DNA of 60,434 nucleotides, filler included, from Sphacelaria rigidula (GCA_964200075.2; 6 parts of 6 records of this genome joined end to end with filler, not necessarily neighbours in it); one strand, 5' to 3'. Shown: positions 36,403 to 49,497, counted from the first letter of the whole stretch. Notes: generated by a model not told the origin, from the letters alone. Numbers and translations: made by a program.

Positions 36403-38455
36403 CTACCAGACCAAATACATATATTTCAAAACCAAATGCGACTCAGACTTCCACTTCTCATTTCTCAAGCCAAGGGTAAAGACACGGTGAACTTCAGAAA
36501 GATCTTCCGGCAGAGCTTTCGTGAGGATGTCCGCATGCTGTTTTTCGCTGGGAACATGCGTGATCTCGATCACACCCTCCTCGGTCAAATTCCTGAGAAA
36601 GTGATGCCTCACGTCAATATGCTTACTCCTGCACGAGCTAAGTGGATTATCTGCAAGCGCAATCGCACCCTCCTTGTCCTCAAGTACTTCAATCTTACGA
36701 GGCTTCACACTAGACCTAAAGAACTGAAGCATTCCGTTCACAAACAAAGCCTCCTTCACACCATCACCCATCGCAAGATTCTCCGCCTCAAAAATCGACT
36801 GAGAAATGTATTTCTACGTCCTAGAAATCCAGACCACAAGCATGGCAGCCACAAAAACCAACGTTTCCGAAACGGATCTACGGTCAGTGGCCTTGCTTGC
36901 AAGGTCGGCATGTACGTACACCAACGTACCTACGTCCACCGTACTGTCCTGCTTGAACTTCAAAGTTAGATGTGCCGTTTCCAGAAGATAATTCAGAATC
37001 TTCTGGACTGCCTTCCAGTGGCTCTTCTTTGGCTCGTGAGAGTGCCTCGCCACCGCCCGCACAGCATTCGAGATGCCAGGCCTTGTCTGGTTGGCGATCC
37101 ACATCAGGCTCCCCACCACCTCTCGGAACGGCACATCTCCTGCCCCTTCATCCTCCATCAAGGACCTGTTATCGTTGGCAAGGGAAGCAGGGATCGAGCT
37201 GGTGCAACAAATATTGAATCTCTCGAAGCACTCCTGATATAACTCTATTGAGAACCTTAATGGTGCCAGCCTCGCGGTTGCGAATAAGTGCGCAACGAAG
37301 AAAGAACTTGACATCATCCAATTCTTCGTAGGAAGAGAGTCGCCTAGCGCTTCCACAACCACCTTAGCAAGACTCTTAGTTCCTACATACAGAATGGCAT
37401 CCACGTGAATGGCGACCATACCCATCACCTCGTGTCCCATCATAAAACGCAGGACACAGGGATCACACAGAGACTGCTCGAAACCAATCCTCTTCAGGTC
37501 CAACACTAACCTCTTGTAAAATGTTCTAGATGCCAGCTTCAATCCGTACAAATTTTTGTTCAAATGAACAACATTTCCTGACATCGGACCGCAGCCAGGA
37601 GGCAACTTCATGAACACCTCGTGATCCAATTCCGACTGAACCAACGCTTCCTCATTATCCCAGTGGAGTGATTCCAAGTTGTACTTGCACGCCAAAGCTA
37701 CTAGCAATCGCATCGATGCAGCAGTTGCAGTAGGCGAGAGAGTTTCAAGATAGTCCACACCATACTTCTGTTTGAAGCCCTTCGCTACAAGCCTAGCCTT
37801 GGCCTTCACTATCTTCCCTGTTTCATCTGCTTTCCATTTGAAAACCCATCCAGCATCAATCACATTACAGCCTACTGGGATCTTTACTGCTAACGCGAAC
37901 GTTCCTGCTCCTATCAAGCCTTCAAGTTCTGCAGACATGGCTCCATCCCAAATATTTGTGTGCTTCGATTGCCGATCTTCTTGAGAGCTACCAGGCTCTG
38001 ACTCACCATCTTGAACGGGTTCTTTCGGCCATTCCACGGCGTCACGTGCTCTCTGTTCCGCCAAGAGTGCATACAGTATCTCTGATGCGAAGATGGGTCC
38101 GAGAGTGGCCACAAGGCCAGACACGCTCTGCTGATGTATGGCACGGGTTTGCGCACAAGTTCTGCCTTCTCTTACTTCATCATTCTCACGCGCATCGGTA
38201 TTAAAATTAGCAAGCGACATGTCGCGGACGACGAGCGGCTGGAAGAGGTGCCTCCGCCTCTTCCAGCTCTCCCGGCCCTATTGATTTTACCTCATCATCC
38301 CCTCCCGGATCCGCCGTCTCTACTTCCCCTGTCTCGTGCCCTCCCTGCCCCCCCCCTATCTGTCTCAAGTGTTGGAATAGACACAGAGGGAGCCCTTCTA
38401 CTAGAGGAGTTCTTCACAGGCGAGAACGGTACAGAGCTGGACCATGCATGAGACT
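36403..38455 (-). pseudogene. Ty1/copia pol 3' half: linker, reverse transcriptase, RNase H
   Basis: WDGAMSAEL, WVFKWK, KAKARLVAKGFKQKYGVDYLET, LYGLK, HVDA (broken YVDD), FREVVGSLMW...TRP, RRSVS, frameshift, then SKHIDVRHHFLR and QHADILTKAL. Confidence 0.92.
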
Positions 38456-38486
38456 ATTGAGGGAGGCTTGATCAACCTGCCTCATC

Positions 38487-40120
38487 ATGGCTGAAACGGG
38501 GGACAAGGATCCTGCGGTTGACCCAACTGAGGGTGGATCGCAGGAAGTTGGTGAGAAAATTTGTTGCATAGAGACACAGTTGTCTCAGCTTGTGACTGTA
38601 GTATCGTCGCTAGTTGAGCAGCAAGGAGAGGAAGTGGGATCCTCTGGTTTTGTAGCTGCCGCGCCTGGAGGCAGCGGGCCAGAGACTAGTATGCATCTTT
38701 CTGACGATGCTACTGGTGGGACCGCGGGTGGTACGGGTGGCGATCCCCAAGGCTTAGGCGTGTCCAGCATGTGGGTTGGGAGTAGCAGTTTTGCAGACTC
38801 AGGCTTGAATCCACATACATCCTCTTTAAATCGTTCCCCCGTTGCTGCAGTAAACTTTGGTTCGACCGGGCTGTAGGTGGGACTTAAGGTCAGTCCTCTG
38901 TTCCGCCCGCTCCTTCTCCGTCGAGTAAGTGGTGGGAAAACGTTGCCAGTGGAAACACTCTGATTCCTGGGGCTGACATTTCCGACACAGGAGAGAAGTC
39001 GAGTAGGGCTCCTTCCCAAGTTCCCAATGCTCCTGTTTTTGACGGCAACGACGTGTCGTATCCCTCATGGTCGCAGAACTTTCTGTTGAGTGCCCGACAC
39101 AACAATCTGTATGAGGCGTTTTGTTTCTGAAGCTGATATTCCGATTGCAGACATTGATTTCGACTTACCGACATGATACTGTTGTTGAAACTTTATACAG
39201 TCAGTGTTCTAGCTGCTTATTTCCTCTTGGGTTTTGACTGTAGCAACTTAGCGGTGCAATATATTCCGTTTTATAAAAGGCCCCAGTATTGACCCTCGGT
39301 GCAGTACCGTTTCATGTGGATCCTTGATGGTAGATATCTTGAATTCAAGAAATATGACAGAGATGTGTGCAACCTAATACTTGAGGGACTGTCGCTCGAG
39401 TGCAAGACTTTGCGTGAAACACTTGTGGTGTTCTGTCCGAATGACCCATCGTTCATAGAGTGAAGGGTCCCTTGAGGAATGACTGCCTGGCTCGCGTGAT
39501 CACTGATCCTACCCAGACCGGAAAATCCGAGGATGCCGAGAATGAGAACGGTAGGAGGTCTAGTTTGTTGTGGCTCTCTCGAATCAACTTGAACAAATCG
39601 AGTGATCTGACGTGTCTGGTGGCATTTTACGATGCTATGCTGCGTGAGTGTACAGTGATGATGCTGTTCGTGAATTCTCTTCTCTTGTAAGGAAGGATAG
39701 ATGTGTCGAAGATTGGTGTGCAGACACGGGTACTGCTTTCCACATGACTGATTCTCTCTCTTGTATGAAGGATGTAAAGCCTTGCCACAAGAACGTAAAA
39801 GGGATTGGTGGCGTGACTTGTGAGGTAGCACTCTCTGAAACACTGGAGTTGGTGTTTGTGACTGCTGATAGCGAATTTTCCATAGCGTCGGAGAAGGTGT
39901 TGTACTCTCCCAACTTAGGGTATAACCTCTTTTCCCCCAGCGCAGAGTTTGATGGCAGGTCATGGAATGATATTGGTGGTCTTGATGGTGTGGTGACTGC
40001 TTACGACGGACATGTTACTTTTCAGAACTTCGATGGCATGCTAATTGTCACTGTGTATCGTCTGGGAGATGACTCTGTTCGTTTGGTGTTGGCTACTGTC
40101 ACTCCTTCAAACCCCAGGCA
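38487..40120 (+). pseudogene. Ty1/copia 5' half: gag and aspartic protease, decayed
   Basis: APVFDGNDVSYPSWSQNFL (copia gag start) and WCADTGTAFHMT...VLYSPNLGYNLFS (copia protease). Multiple stops and frameshifts. Confidence 0.8.
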
Positions 40121-40235
40121 TGAGACATCCTACTATATGGGGGGGGGTATTTTGGGTCATTTGTTGCTCGAAATTTCGAGTCAGATCGTTGTTGAAAGCA
40201 GCAACGGTTGTTCGAGGAAGCTTGTTGTAGATCAA
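40121..40235 (+). repeat. Interspersed repeat family R2 copy that truncates the copia
   Basis: gag.catcctac.ata-(G)n-atttt.gg...ttgttg...gttgttgaaagcagc.acggttgttcg; also present at 60340-60434. Confidence 0.7.
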
Positions 40236-40257
40236 TAACGCTCATCCATACTGCCTG

Positions 40258-40357
40258 NNNNNNNNNNNNNNNNNNNNNNNNNNNNNNNNNNNNNNNNNNN
40301 NTTAATTAATTAANNNNNNNNNNNNNNNNNNNNNNNNNNNNNNNNNNNNNNNNNNNN
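40258..40357. other. Artificial contig spacer
   Basis: Same 100-nt linker. Confidence 0.97.
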
Positions 40358-41195
40358 AGCTGCTTTATTTTCTGGTATCGCCACTTCCAGAGACAGCCAC
40401 GGCTTATACACTGCCTCATGGGTGTCGCACCATTTCAACGCTACGTATTACGATCATCCCCACTGTGCGGAGTTGGGGTTTTCCCACGCCGAACATGATC
40501 TAGCTCGACTACCATCATGGTTACCGCAAGAAAGCGCAAGCGCGCAAAATAAATCGGTAACCTGGTTGCCTAGCTTACGCAGTTAGTGGCGTGTTTTACA
40601 GCGCCATTGCCAATCGACGCCAACCCCATCGGGGGTCTGCCCCTACAAAGCCGGGACGGAGCACGCCGGGTTCTCGCCGGACCAGGCTCTGACATGAGAG
40701 GGGGGGAGTACTCATGATCTAGCATGCCATAGCTGGAAGACCATTGACCTTGCATCCTTATAAAGCCGGGAAGGAACAAGCCGGGTTTCGCCGGACCACG
40801 CTTGCAGTCACCCAGCGCGAAGCGCGGTGATATATTCTGCGAGTCGAATGAGGGGTGATCTGAGTCCTAAGATTGAGCACCCGAAGCGTACTAATTATCT
40901 TGCATATCGATGACGGCTTCCAATGGGTTGCTTCAGTTTCTAGTGTCGCCACTTCCAGGGACAGCCATGGTTCACCGTGCCTCGAGCGTGTCTCGCTTTT
41001 CAAACACAGGTTGCGATCATCCCCTTCGCGCAGAGTTGAGATTTTCATCCCACACAGTATGATTCAAGTCAATCACCATGATGATTACCGTACAAAGCGC
41101 AACCGAAAAAAAATTCGGTAACAGGATTGTTTAGCTTAGGCAGTGGATGGCGTGTTTTACAGTGTTGATGCCAACTGACGCCAATCCTTAGAGGA
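40358..41195 (+). repeat. Two tandem, diverged copies of the ~500-bp family R1 element
   Basis: 40358-40640 aligns to 40925-41190 (tcgccacttccag.gacagcca; cgatcatcccc; cggtaac; tggcgtgttttacag). The second unit starts GGGGGGAGTACTCATGATC at about 40700. Confidence 0.75.
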
Positions 41196-41445
41196 TATGC
41201 GGAGGGGGGCATGGGGAAAAGGGAATGACAGCACTAATAACAGGGGCTGATGCTGCCTGCGTGTTCGAAGGCGTTGAGTGATGTTGCTCCGCTAGTCACC
41301 GGGGGAACCGGGACTTGGACTCCAACTTTCAAATGATATTCTGCTCCTAGTGTCAGTTGACATGAAATCATCGGGGTTCGAGACGATAATCTCATTCGAG
41401 TACTTGCTATGTAGGATAAATAGACAATTGATAATTTAACATGTT

Positions 41446-41940
41446 ATGACTGTTCTTAGCTAGGAGAGTGAATTGCCAGCAAATCCGCAGCCAACGCGCG
41501 GAGGGTTTGGGTTCCGTTTGTGAGATACAAGACGTTGAACTTACAATCTGTGTGATTTTGGTTGCAGACTGAACGGACCACGTGGACGAGACAACGCAAC
41601 CTCAGCCCACGAGACTTCCTGACTGCATTCACGTCAGTCGGTCTATGATTGCATACGGCACAGAAGTAGGCAAATGAAAACTGCTGCAAGGGTCACTGGG
41701 TTCGCCTCTGACGAAAAACTAAAAATCATGACACCACATGCTATGACAGTTCTCCTAGAAGAGTGCATTGCGAGGAAATCCCGGGCGAACCCAGGGAGAG
41801 GTTGGACTCCTTTCGTGAGATACATGAAGTCTAGCTTACAACCTGTGTGGTTTGGGTAGTGGACTGATTGAAACACTTGGACCAGGCAACGCAACCTCAG
41901 CCCACGAGACTCACTGGATGCATTCACGTCAGCTGGCCTG
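41446..41940. repeat. Diverged tandem duplication (~297-bp period)
   Basis: atgac.gttct ... gtgagataca ... caacgcaacctcagcccacgagact ... tgcattcacgtcag at about 41446-41645 and 41743-41940. Confidence 0.8.
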
Positions 41941-42387
41941 AGTAAATCAGGACCGCGTCATACGTTGCATGACATTGGTGATGTTCGGCAAACAGTGTTG
42001 AAAATGGGCTGTACCTGTTGTAGTATTAAAAAAAAAACATGTGTGTGCGAACACGATTTCGGACGATTTCATGACACTAAAAACGACTCCAAGCCGCATT
42101 CTCAAGAATTATTGGTGCATAATTAGATAGTTGAGTTCATGCCCGAATAGTGCTTGATCGACCTCGTATTCTGGCGCGTGTATTGATATAAAAAACATCA
42201 TCCCGGGCAGCGCGATACTCGTGTTGAGCATCAACTCGTTGCCGTTTACACGTTGTGGAGACGGAAAATTTAGTCAAAAATGAATAGGCTTCACTTCAGT
42301 GGTCAGACATGCGTTAGGAATAGTACGAAATCTGCTTGTCGACAATCGTTTCTACTATAGTAATGTATACCAAACGTTTCATGGGAG

Positions 42388-42530
42388 ATGTGTGCGTGCG
42401 TGTGCATGTGCATTGTGTGTGTGTTGCCATTCCATTTATTCTGGACGTCGGTCTACACCTTTCGGTATACGTGGGCACACCAGCCGGGGCGGGGCCACAC
42501 AGGAGGAAGGCCAACACAGAAGTTTGTTCT
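42388..42530 (-). mobile_element. Truncated copy of the same SINE family (3' part)
   Basis: Shares cc(c)at(c/t)tattctggacg...tctaca...caggaggaaggccaaca with 720-810 and is flanked by (TG)n. Confidence 0.6.
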
Positions 42531-42836
42531 TGGGGGATACGCAGAGAAAATTCGGGGGCAATCACTGGAGGATCTGACGGGAACGTTTTAGATTGGGGAC
42601 AGTAAATCCGCCCGTTGAAATATCAAAACGCAACGAAGAGCCAGTACTTTCGGAACAGAAATACTTTCACATCGGTACTTGGAATCAGACTCTCTATCCA
42701 GTATCTGCGAAATCTTGCTGCGCGTCTGCACTAAAAACTTCAAGATCCAACTCCCAGAAACGGTAGAAGACGAACCGGTGCGAGATCGATCCGTCTCACT
42801 GGACCCCACCTTATACCAAAAAGACGCAACACCCAC

Positions 42837-43139
42837 CTCAGCCTCCTTTTCACAGCCATCGCCCATATACCTCTCCTGCAAGCAATCCGCCGAACAAGGA
42901 GTCCATACCTCCTCCTCCAACGAGCACGCCTGCTCCTGCTGCTGCCCCCCCCCTTCCCCACCATCCTCAATCTTGAGCTCCACTTCGCCATCCCCTCCCT
43001 CATTTGTCTTTACCTCAACCGTGGGGTTAGGTGCTCCTTTGGGACATTCCTTCGAGCACTCCCTCGTTTCCTCTGCCAATACTTCGGGGCACGGCTTACC
43101 CGATCCTTGGGCCGGTGTCACCACTACCTCGACCCATCT
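42837..43139 (-). CDS. Aspartic protease gene exon, Cys-rich TSP1-like region; gene continues
   Basis: RWVEVVVTPAQGSGKPCPEVLAEETRECSKEC...WTPCSADCLQERYMGDGC; cgcag|AGA ... GAG|gtgggt; 101 codons. Confidence 0.8.
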
Positions 43140-43396
43140 CTGCGGATCGGATCGGCGTTGAAGCGGGTCAGGGGCGGGCCGGGTCGCGCGGGTGCAGGGA
43201 GACGGAGGGGGGAGGGGGGGCGATTTCATAATGGATTGATTTATAGTACATGTTTGGCGTGTTTGCTGCAAATTTTTACCGACAAAGCAAGGGTGGGTAA
43301 GGAAAACAAATCCCAGACCCACACCCCTTTATATAATTTTCGGCCCCCCACAAGTGTTTTACTCACGATCTTGCATACCGTTTTCATAAGAAAATT

Positions 43397-43520
43397 GATC
43401 TCGCATCCCTATGAAGCCGGGATGGAGCACGCCGGGTTTTAGTCGGACCAGACTTGCAACCACCAAGCGCGGAGCGTCGTGATGTGTTCGGCGAGTCGAA
43501 TGAGGGTGATCTGCACCCTC
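43397..43520 (+). repeat. Family R1 fragment in an intron of the aspartic protease gene
   Basis: tctcgcatccctatgaagccgggatggagcacgccgggtttt...gcgagtcgaatgagggtgatctg. Confidence 0.7.
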
Positions 43521-44455
43521 CAAAGATCGTTCAACCCGACGCATAATAACTCATTCACGGAGATATTTTCACATGACTTCATATACGAACGAATCACCTA
43601 CTCCAAGTTGGGAGGCAAGGTACTTGAACTGGGTATGGGTGAGCCAGGCCACTTCATCTCATTGTAGCTTAAACAAGCCACTTGAATTAATTTGGGAGGA
43701 GGGAGGGGGGAGGGGCGGGGGACCATGGACCTAGGTTTTTTTTTTCACCCACCCCTGGACAAAGCAGGTGAAGAACAGCAATCGTACCTCTCCTAAAAAT
43801 ACATGGAATGAAATATCTCTCCGGTAACAGCGAGCACAGCACTCTGGTCAATATGCAGGATGACACTCGGCGCTGAACGCACCACTGCAGGAGTCGACGG
43901 GGGTTTCATCTGGCCATCCATATCTTCACTGGACGAACTACATTCAACAATGTTTCCATGAGATTGAGAGTCTAGGACACTATTCAGAATGAGAAGCGCA
44001 CAATTAATGGATGGCGTAGTTTCAGTTCCAAATTGTCCCTCCGGGTTTAGCACGAGGCCCGATACGCTTTCTGTAGTAACTTGCTACTGAAGCCTTCAAT
44101 GTCCCTGAATAGAATATCGACGTGTAGCTGTAAGCACACGCCAGTGTTACAGGCAAAGAAAAGCACAGAATGACAAAATAGTCAAGTTAGAGCGAATGAT
44201 GAAACTCGTCCTCAATCAACGCTGAACTCTCGATCTCACGAAAACAGTGCTACTTCCAATCCTTGCAGCCCTCACTATTCCTGACGCCATCACGGAAGGA
44301 TCAGTGACGTGTGGTGCACATAAGTATGGGCAAGTGTGTATTTCAAAAGTCGTACCACCAATAAATATCCACAACGAGCGGGTCTTTGAAATATGAAACA
44401 TGACGAGTCTCTTGCCAAGGGACAATCGACTACAACCGATGAGTAAGAGAAGCAC

Positions 44456-44635
44456 CTCGTGGCCGACGATAGTTCGCGCCGCCGACAATCCCACGGGACA
44501 AGCCACATCGCACACTGTCGTCTGCGCCTTCGCGGTGACACAGTCCACCACCTCCTCCCCCTCCTGTTCCTGCTGCCTCTCCTCTGGTGCTGCTCCGTCC
44601 ATTTTCACTTGTCCGTCGACTTCGGGCGAGCCCGA
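44456..44635 (-). CDS. Aspartic protease gene exon, start of Cys-rich TSP1-like region
   Basis: SGSPEVDG...VDCVTAKAQTTVCDVACPVG...GHE; gtcag|TCG ... GAG|gtgctt; 60 codons. Confidence 0.75.
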
Positions 44636-44854
44636 CTGACCGACGTGCAGTAGCAACGAAGCACGGTAACACGCACACAAGACATACACCAAAGGAGCAA
44701 GAGAGGGTGTGGGGGGGATATTTGACGCTTTTCTTGAGCAAGCATGGAGGATGTGGGTTGTCTTTTACTGTTGCAAGCAGGCAGATGTGAAAATCAAGTC
44801 ACGAAAACGAAATCTCCCGATCATCACCGCCTATACAATACTACTGCTACATAC

Positions 44855-45005
44855 CTCCTGAGCCCCATCAGTATTGGAGTTAGGCTTGTAATCGCATATT
44901 CCCTCCGCAAAGCCCACTCGATGGTGGTCGTAGTCGAACACAATATTATGATCCCGCATCACGTTAGCACCCAACACAGCCCCCATGGACTCCTCCATGT
45001 AGATC
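44855..45005 (-). CDS. Aspartic protease exon (end of catalytic domain)
   Basis: GAVLGANVMRDHNIVFDYDHHRVGFAEGIC; catag|G ... GAG|gtatgt (phase 2 to 0). Confidence 0.92.
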
Positions 45006-47877
45006 CTATGGGACACGAAAAAAAAGGGGGGGAACAATCGGAAACTTGTTGCATATTATATCAACATTTACAATATTGAGGGGAAGGGAGAGAGGGATGG
45101 GGGCTTCGTGAATATGACCCGATGAGTTCTGGATGCATGAGACGAGTAAAACATGTCATGTTCAGCACGTGCTGAGCACGACAAAGTCGGTCGTGCACAC
45201 AACATGGTCTGCAGGATTGTTGGCCTACAGGAAGGATGGAAGCTGCCACCGCAGAGCATACACACTGGAGGAGAGTAACGTGTCGGTGGAGCATGTGATC
45301 CCCGTATGCTACACGACATGCGTGTGTGAATGAAAGTCACATGTAAGATGCTGCGTGCGGCCTCTTTGTGAAAGCTTTGACAAAAAGTGGCAAAGTACGG
45401 AAATTGATAGGGACAGTAGTTGTACCACACGGCGGAATTAAACAGAAACTCACCGTGACTTCAAAAGCAGCCTTCGCCTGAGAGGCTTTACCCCCACGAA
45501 AATAGGTACTGGTCTCCTACCCGCAACTAGATCCATGTACTTTTACCGTGGGGTGGAGATCTGCAGCCCTTGACAAAGTGCTTTCGCCTTACGCCCTTTT
45601 AACATGCAGATGCCCCTGCATCAAGGATTCAAAAGTATCAACATGCAACGGATTACGGTCCAGTTCAACTGGAACAAAACGATGAACCGAGTGACCACGG
45701 AGGTCAAGCAGCCGCTACGCTGATCGTGAAAGACCAAAAATCATGAGACAAACTAACTCACAACTGGGAGCCTGTCTAACATCAGTGACGGATGAAAATC
45801 CTTTTGAGGTGGCTGTTGCTCGTGCGATCATCTTTTCACGAGAAAAACGAACAGGTCCAAGGATGTAGAACAAAATATTCAACCACGGGTTTTTTATGCA
45901 ATATCTAGTACAGTGCTCGCTGTGCCGACCGCCTGAGGCAAAAGCACGCTGTAGCTGCAGCACAGACAGCTTTACAAAATGTGGCGCAGCGATATAGCAC
46001 GTAGCGAGGGGTGATATCCCGCGTACACGTTGGCCGCAGGTTCAAGCGGCTACACGTTCATGATGTGGCGAACTGCATAGGACAGCATGAAATCCATGCA
46101 GGTTAGGGGTAGGCTATGGATGTCACGTCCTGCGGTGTGCTTTTTCACGCTGCACCCTGCCGCTGTGCAGTGAACAGGTAGTACCACCGAAGGCGTCACG
46201 CTGCGGTTGATACACAGTATCGAACACAGCAACAAGCAGCGTATTTTACGCACATGAATGTGTGTTCTAAGACCGATGCGAACAGAGTGGGGCCCGCATC
46301 TAGAGAATCCTGTACCAACTTCGCCCTGTTCTAGCGGACGCAGACATCTTTTCAGCAAAAATCGCTTGGAACATTTGCTGTGACGAATCTCGTGCATGAT
46401 GCAACATGACTAGAGCTACTAGAACGTACACATATCCAGTGTTTCTCGGGCAGACAGGAGACAGCGTCAAGCGTCAAGCAGCTGCACGCTGGGCGTCAAA
46501 ATTATCACTCGAGACTTCGATTTGGAGCATGATACTAGGTAGGGAGCAACAACTGCTGTGTGTTCAGGTGTCCCTTGGAGCAAGATGCGTTTGATTTCTC
46601 TTTGACAAAGTTTTCCCTAAAAATCGAAATCGATTGGGGTTTTAGGGCGGGAAAATGTAGCAAAAAACGAGTCGTAAAAATCGAGTCGCAGAAAATCCAT
46701 CGTGAAAAACGAGTCGCAAAAAATCGGTTAGTCGAATTTTTTACCCGGAGCAGACTTCACTTCGTGAAGTTAGAATTTCAGCTACCCCGCAACAACTATA
46801 GTCGACGTTGTTTTGTCGTACTAAAATGACGACAGGTACCAGTAGTGCGGTCGGTCACGCTTGGTATTGACAGCTGATCAACGCGGAGATCTAGAAGCTG
46901 GGAGGGGATCGCCGAATATGGAGTAGTAGTTTTGACCGATGACCGAATCAGCACCGACATGAAATACCTGTTACACTCAACTGTGGTCGCCAGTACCAGA
47001 GCAGCGTGATCTGTAGCGTAGTATGCGAACATGCGTTGCTTGAACTACCTCGGTACTAGGAATGGTATCGATTCGGTGGCAAGTTTCCCTATGCTCCCTG
47101 TAGCTAGAGTCTACATCTCGATTTCGATCTTGAATGAGTACCCTGACAAGTTTTTGTCACGTACAAATGTAGCGGTGTACAGGATTAGGGAGGATATTTA
47201 CCCGTGAGGCGCGAAGTGATGATCGTGCACCTCGTCATGATACGGTGGGAGCGTACAAAGTACAGAGATTGGAACATCTATAGTGGCAGCGGTATATGTA
47301 TGGCAAATACTCGGGCTGTTGTGTGAACAACCACATATGCCGTGACCGCAGAACTGCAGAATTGGATTGATGCGACCATGAAAACATTTGCTGGGAAGGT
47401 AGGCGTTGCCTCCCAACAATGACCATGATGCCGTATAATGATGGAAATCGAAAATCATTCAACGTATTGTGCGGTCGCGGGTCTGGACGACGAGGCAGAT
47501 GTGAGTATGAGAGCATCATCGAGGAATTGTGCGTCGTCATTTGACAGTCATTATTTTCACCTGCCGTGACCATGAAAAGTGAAAAACCAACCAATGTATA
47601 CTCTCTGACTGATGGCCTGAGCGGTCACCAGGGCATACGGTGTAAACGGCCCGTGTGCAGCATACGAACCCGCCCCCCCCCTCCCCTCTCGAATAACACC
47701 CCTGGATAATTATATTCGTATCCGCAACACTGTGCAGGTGAGATGCCGTATATCAATCTGGTAATTACCGCTACCAGATGATGGGTTCTCAGGTCCCAAA
47801 GTTCTTCACCTGGAGATCGTGTACCGCATGCTGTACGCCAGTTCTATGGTAGACTGTTATCATTATCAAAACAGTAC

Positions 47878-48041
47878 CTGGGGGCGTACAAGTTCTCCTT
47901 TCCGAGGGGGTCCATGTAAGCCTCTGGACGTACGTTGATTTCCACGCCACCTTCCATGCTAATGGTCAGAGTGGGCAGTGCGCTCAGCTCTGCAGGAGTC
48001 AACTCCATGCAGAACGCGTTGTTGGTGCATGGATTGTATGG
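47878..48041 (-). CDS. Aspartic protease exon
   Basis: PYNPCTNNAFCMELTPAELSALPTLTISMEGGVEINVRPEAYM; tacag|CCA ... AG|gtactg (phase 0 to 2). Confidence 0.88.
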
Positions 48042-49155
48042 CTGTATTTTTCAAACCGGAGACACACGAAAGAGGGATACCGTGACCGTGTTGTCACGAG
48101 TAAAAGGTGAACCATACTATGCATGCACTTGTACGCACAATTCGTTGCCTGACGCATGCGCTTCCTCGCCCCTGTTATTCCCTGCAAAAAGGAAATACAC
48201 CATCGTAAAGCATGTTTGGCCAATACCGTGGACTTCGACTGTCAATGGGAGACTGCGAAATGGCGACACAGGGCACCAGCGCACCCACGCGTGCGCACAC
48301 ATCACTCGAGTTGTATAGTGCACGTGGCGATGCTTGCTAAATAACAACAACAACAACAGCTCCTAACATACGAGTGCAGAGAAGCTTAAGTCGGATACAG
48401 CACAGCAGTCTTCATCCATTTCACACGAATCAGTACCCACAGAATGCCAACGCCTGGCTCGTGCAGAATCGCAAGTCAACTTCTGATAATGGTCCCATTG
48501 GGCGCGTGTTAACCTCTGGATACGCCCGCGCATACAGTCCTTTATTTTATATATATATATATATACACATGACCTCAACGGAGCAGAGCATCATGCTCAG
48601 TGCAAACTGAACTCAGCACGATCGGTCGTGTTTATTCGCCCCTCTCGAAATGTACACCAGGAGGACAAAGACGTGCACAACCTGCAACACGCGAAGCCAG
48701 AGTTAGTCCGTTCTTGATGTTTTTCTTCATGCCCGCTCAAACAGAAACACACGGAAAGGCACAATTTCCTCCGCAAATCGAAATATTTCGCAGCACACCC
48801 CCGGGGACACACAGCAAACAACCCCTCTACTTTCGTTTTGGTCGAGGCATGAAAAAACATCGTATTCCTCTTTATGGCCACTTCCTGATAATTCTAAAGT
48901 CACGGGGAAAATTGTGGGCGGAAAATAGATGAAAAATGGTTACTTGCTACGTTTTTTTGCCGTTTTCGGGTATTTTACCTTTTCCCGCCAATCAGGTGGC
49001 ACCATGGGGCAGTTTGAATCATTGCAGGGCTACATTAGACCTGAACATGTCCAAACGAAGCTTGAATATACCGAAACGTGGCCATTTTTTATCAGTCAAC
49101 GAGTCGGTCAATCCGTGAACCGACCCATATCCCCCGAATCCGGCTCATGACCTAC

Positions 49156-49314
49156 CTTCCCCGTGGCTGCCTGCCACGCCTTGCTGAAGCCGGTGGCTAC
49201 AACTTTGGGGAGGTATGTATCCGTAGTGCCGCTATCCACAATCGTTCCTTTGCCCCTCTGGAACACCGACGCGTCGACGGAAATAGGTACTCCGTTGAGC
49301 GATATTTCATTCAC
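49156..49314 (-). CDS. A1 (pepsin-family) aspartic protease exon with second catalytic motif
   Basis: VNEISLNGVPISVDASVFQRGKGTIVDSGTTDTYLP...AWQAATGK; aag|GTG ... AAG|gtaggt; 53 codons. Confidence 0.93.
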
Positions 49315-49497
49315 CTTGTTTCAACACGAAAAGGTGACATTGGGAGTTAGGGTTTCTCGTCGCGAAAGATGAGACTACTCTTCAAGATTTGGCCCAACTA
49401 TACAGACTACTCTTTGGCGATCAATCCGCGTTGGAAACAGATTAAAAAAGGTCTACATGGGGGGAGGGAGGAGCTTCCACCACTTCACGACAAGGAA

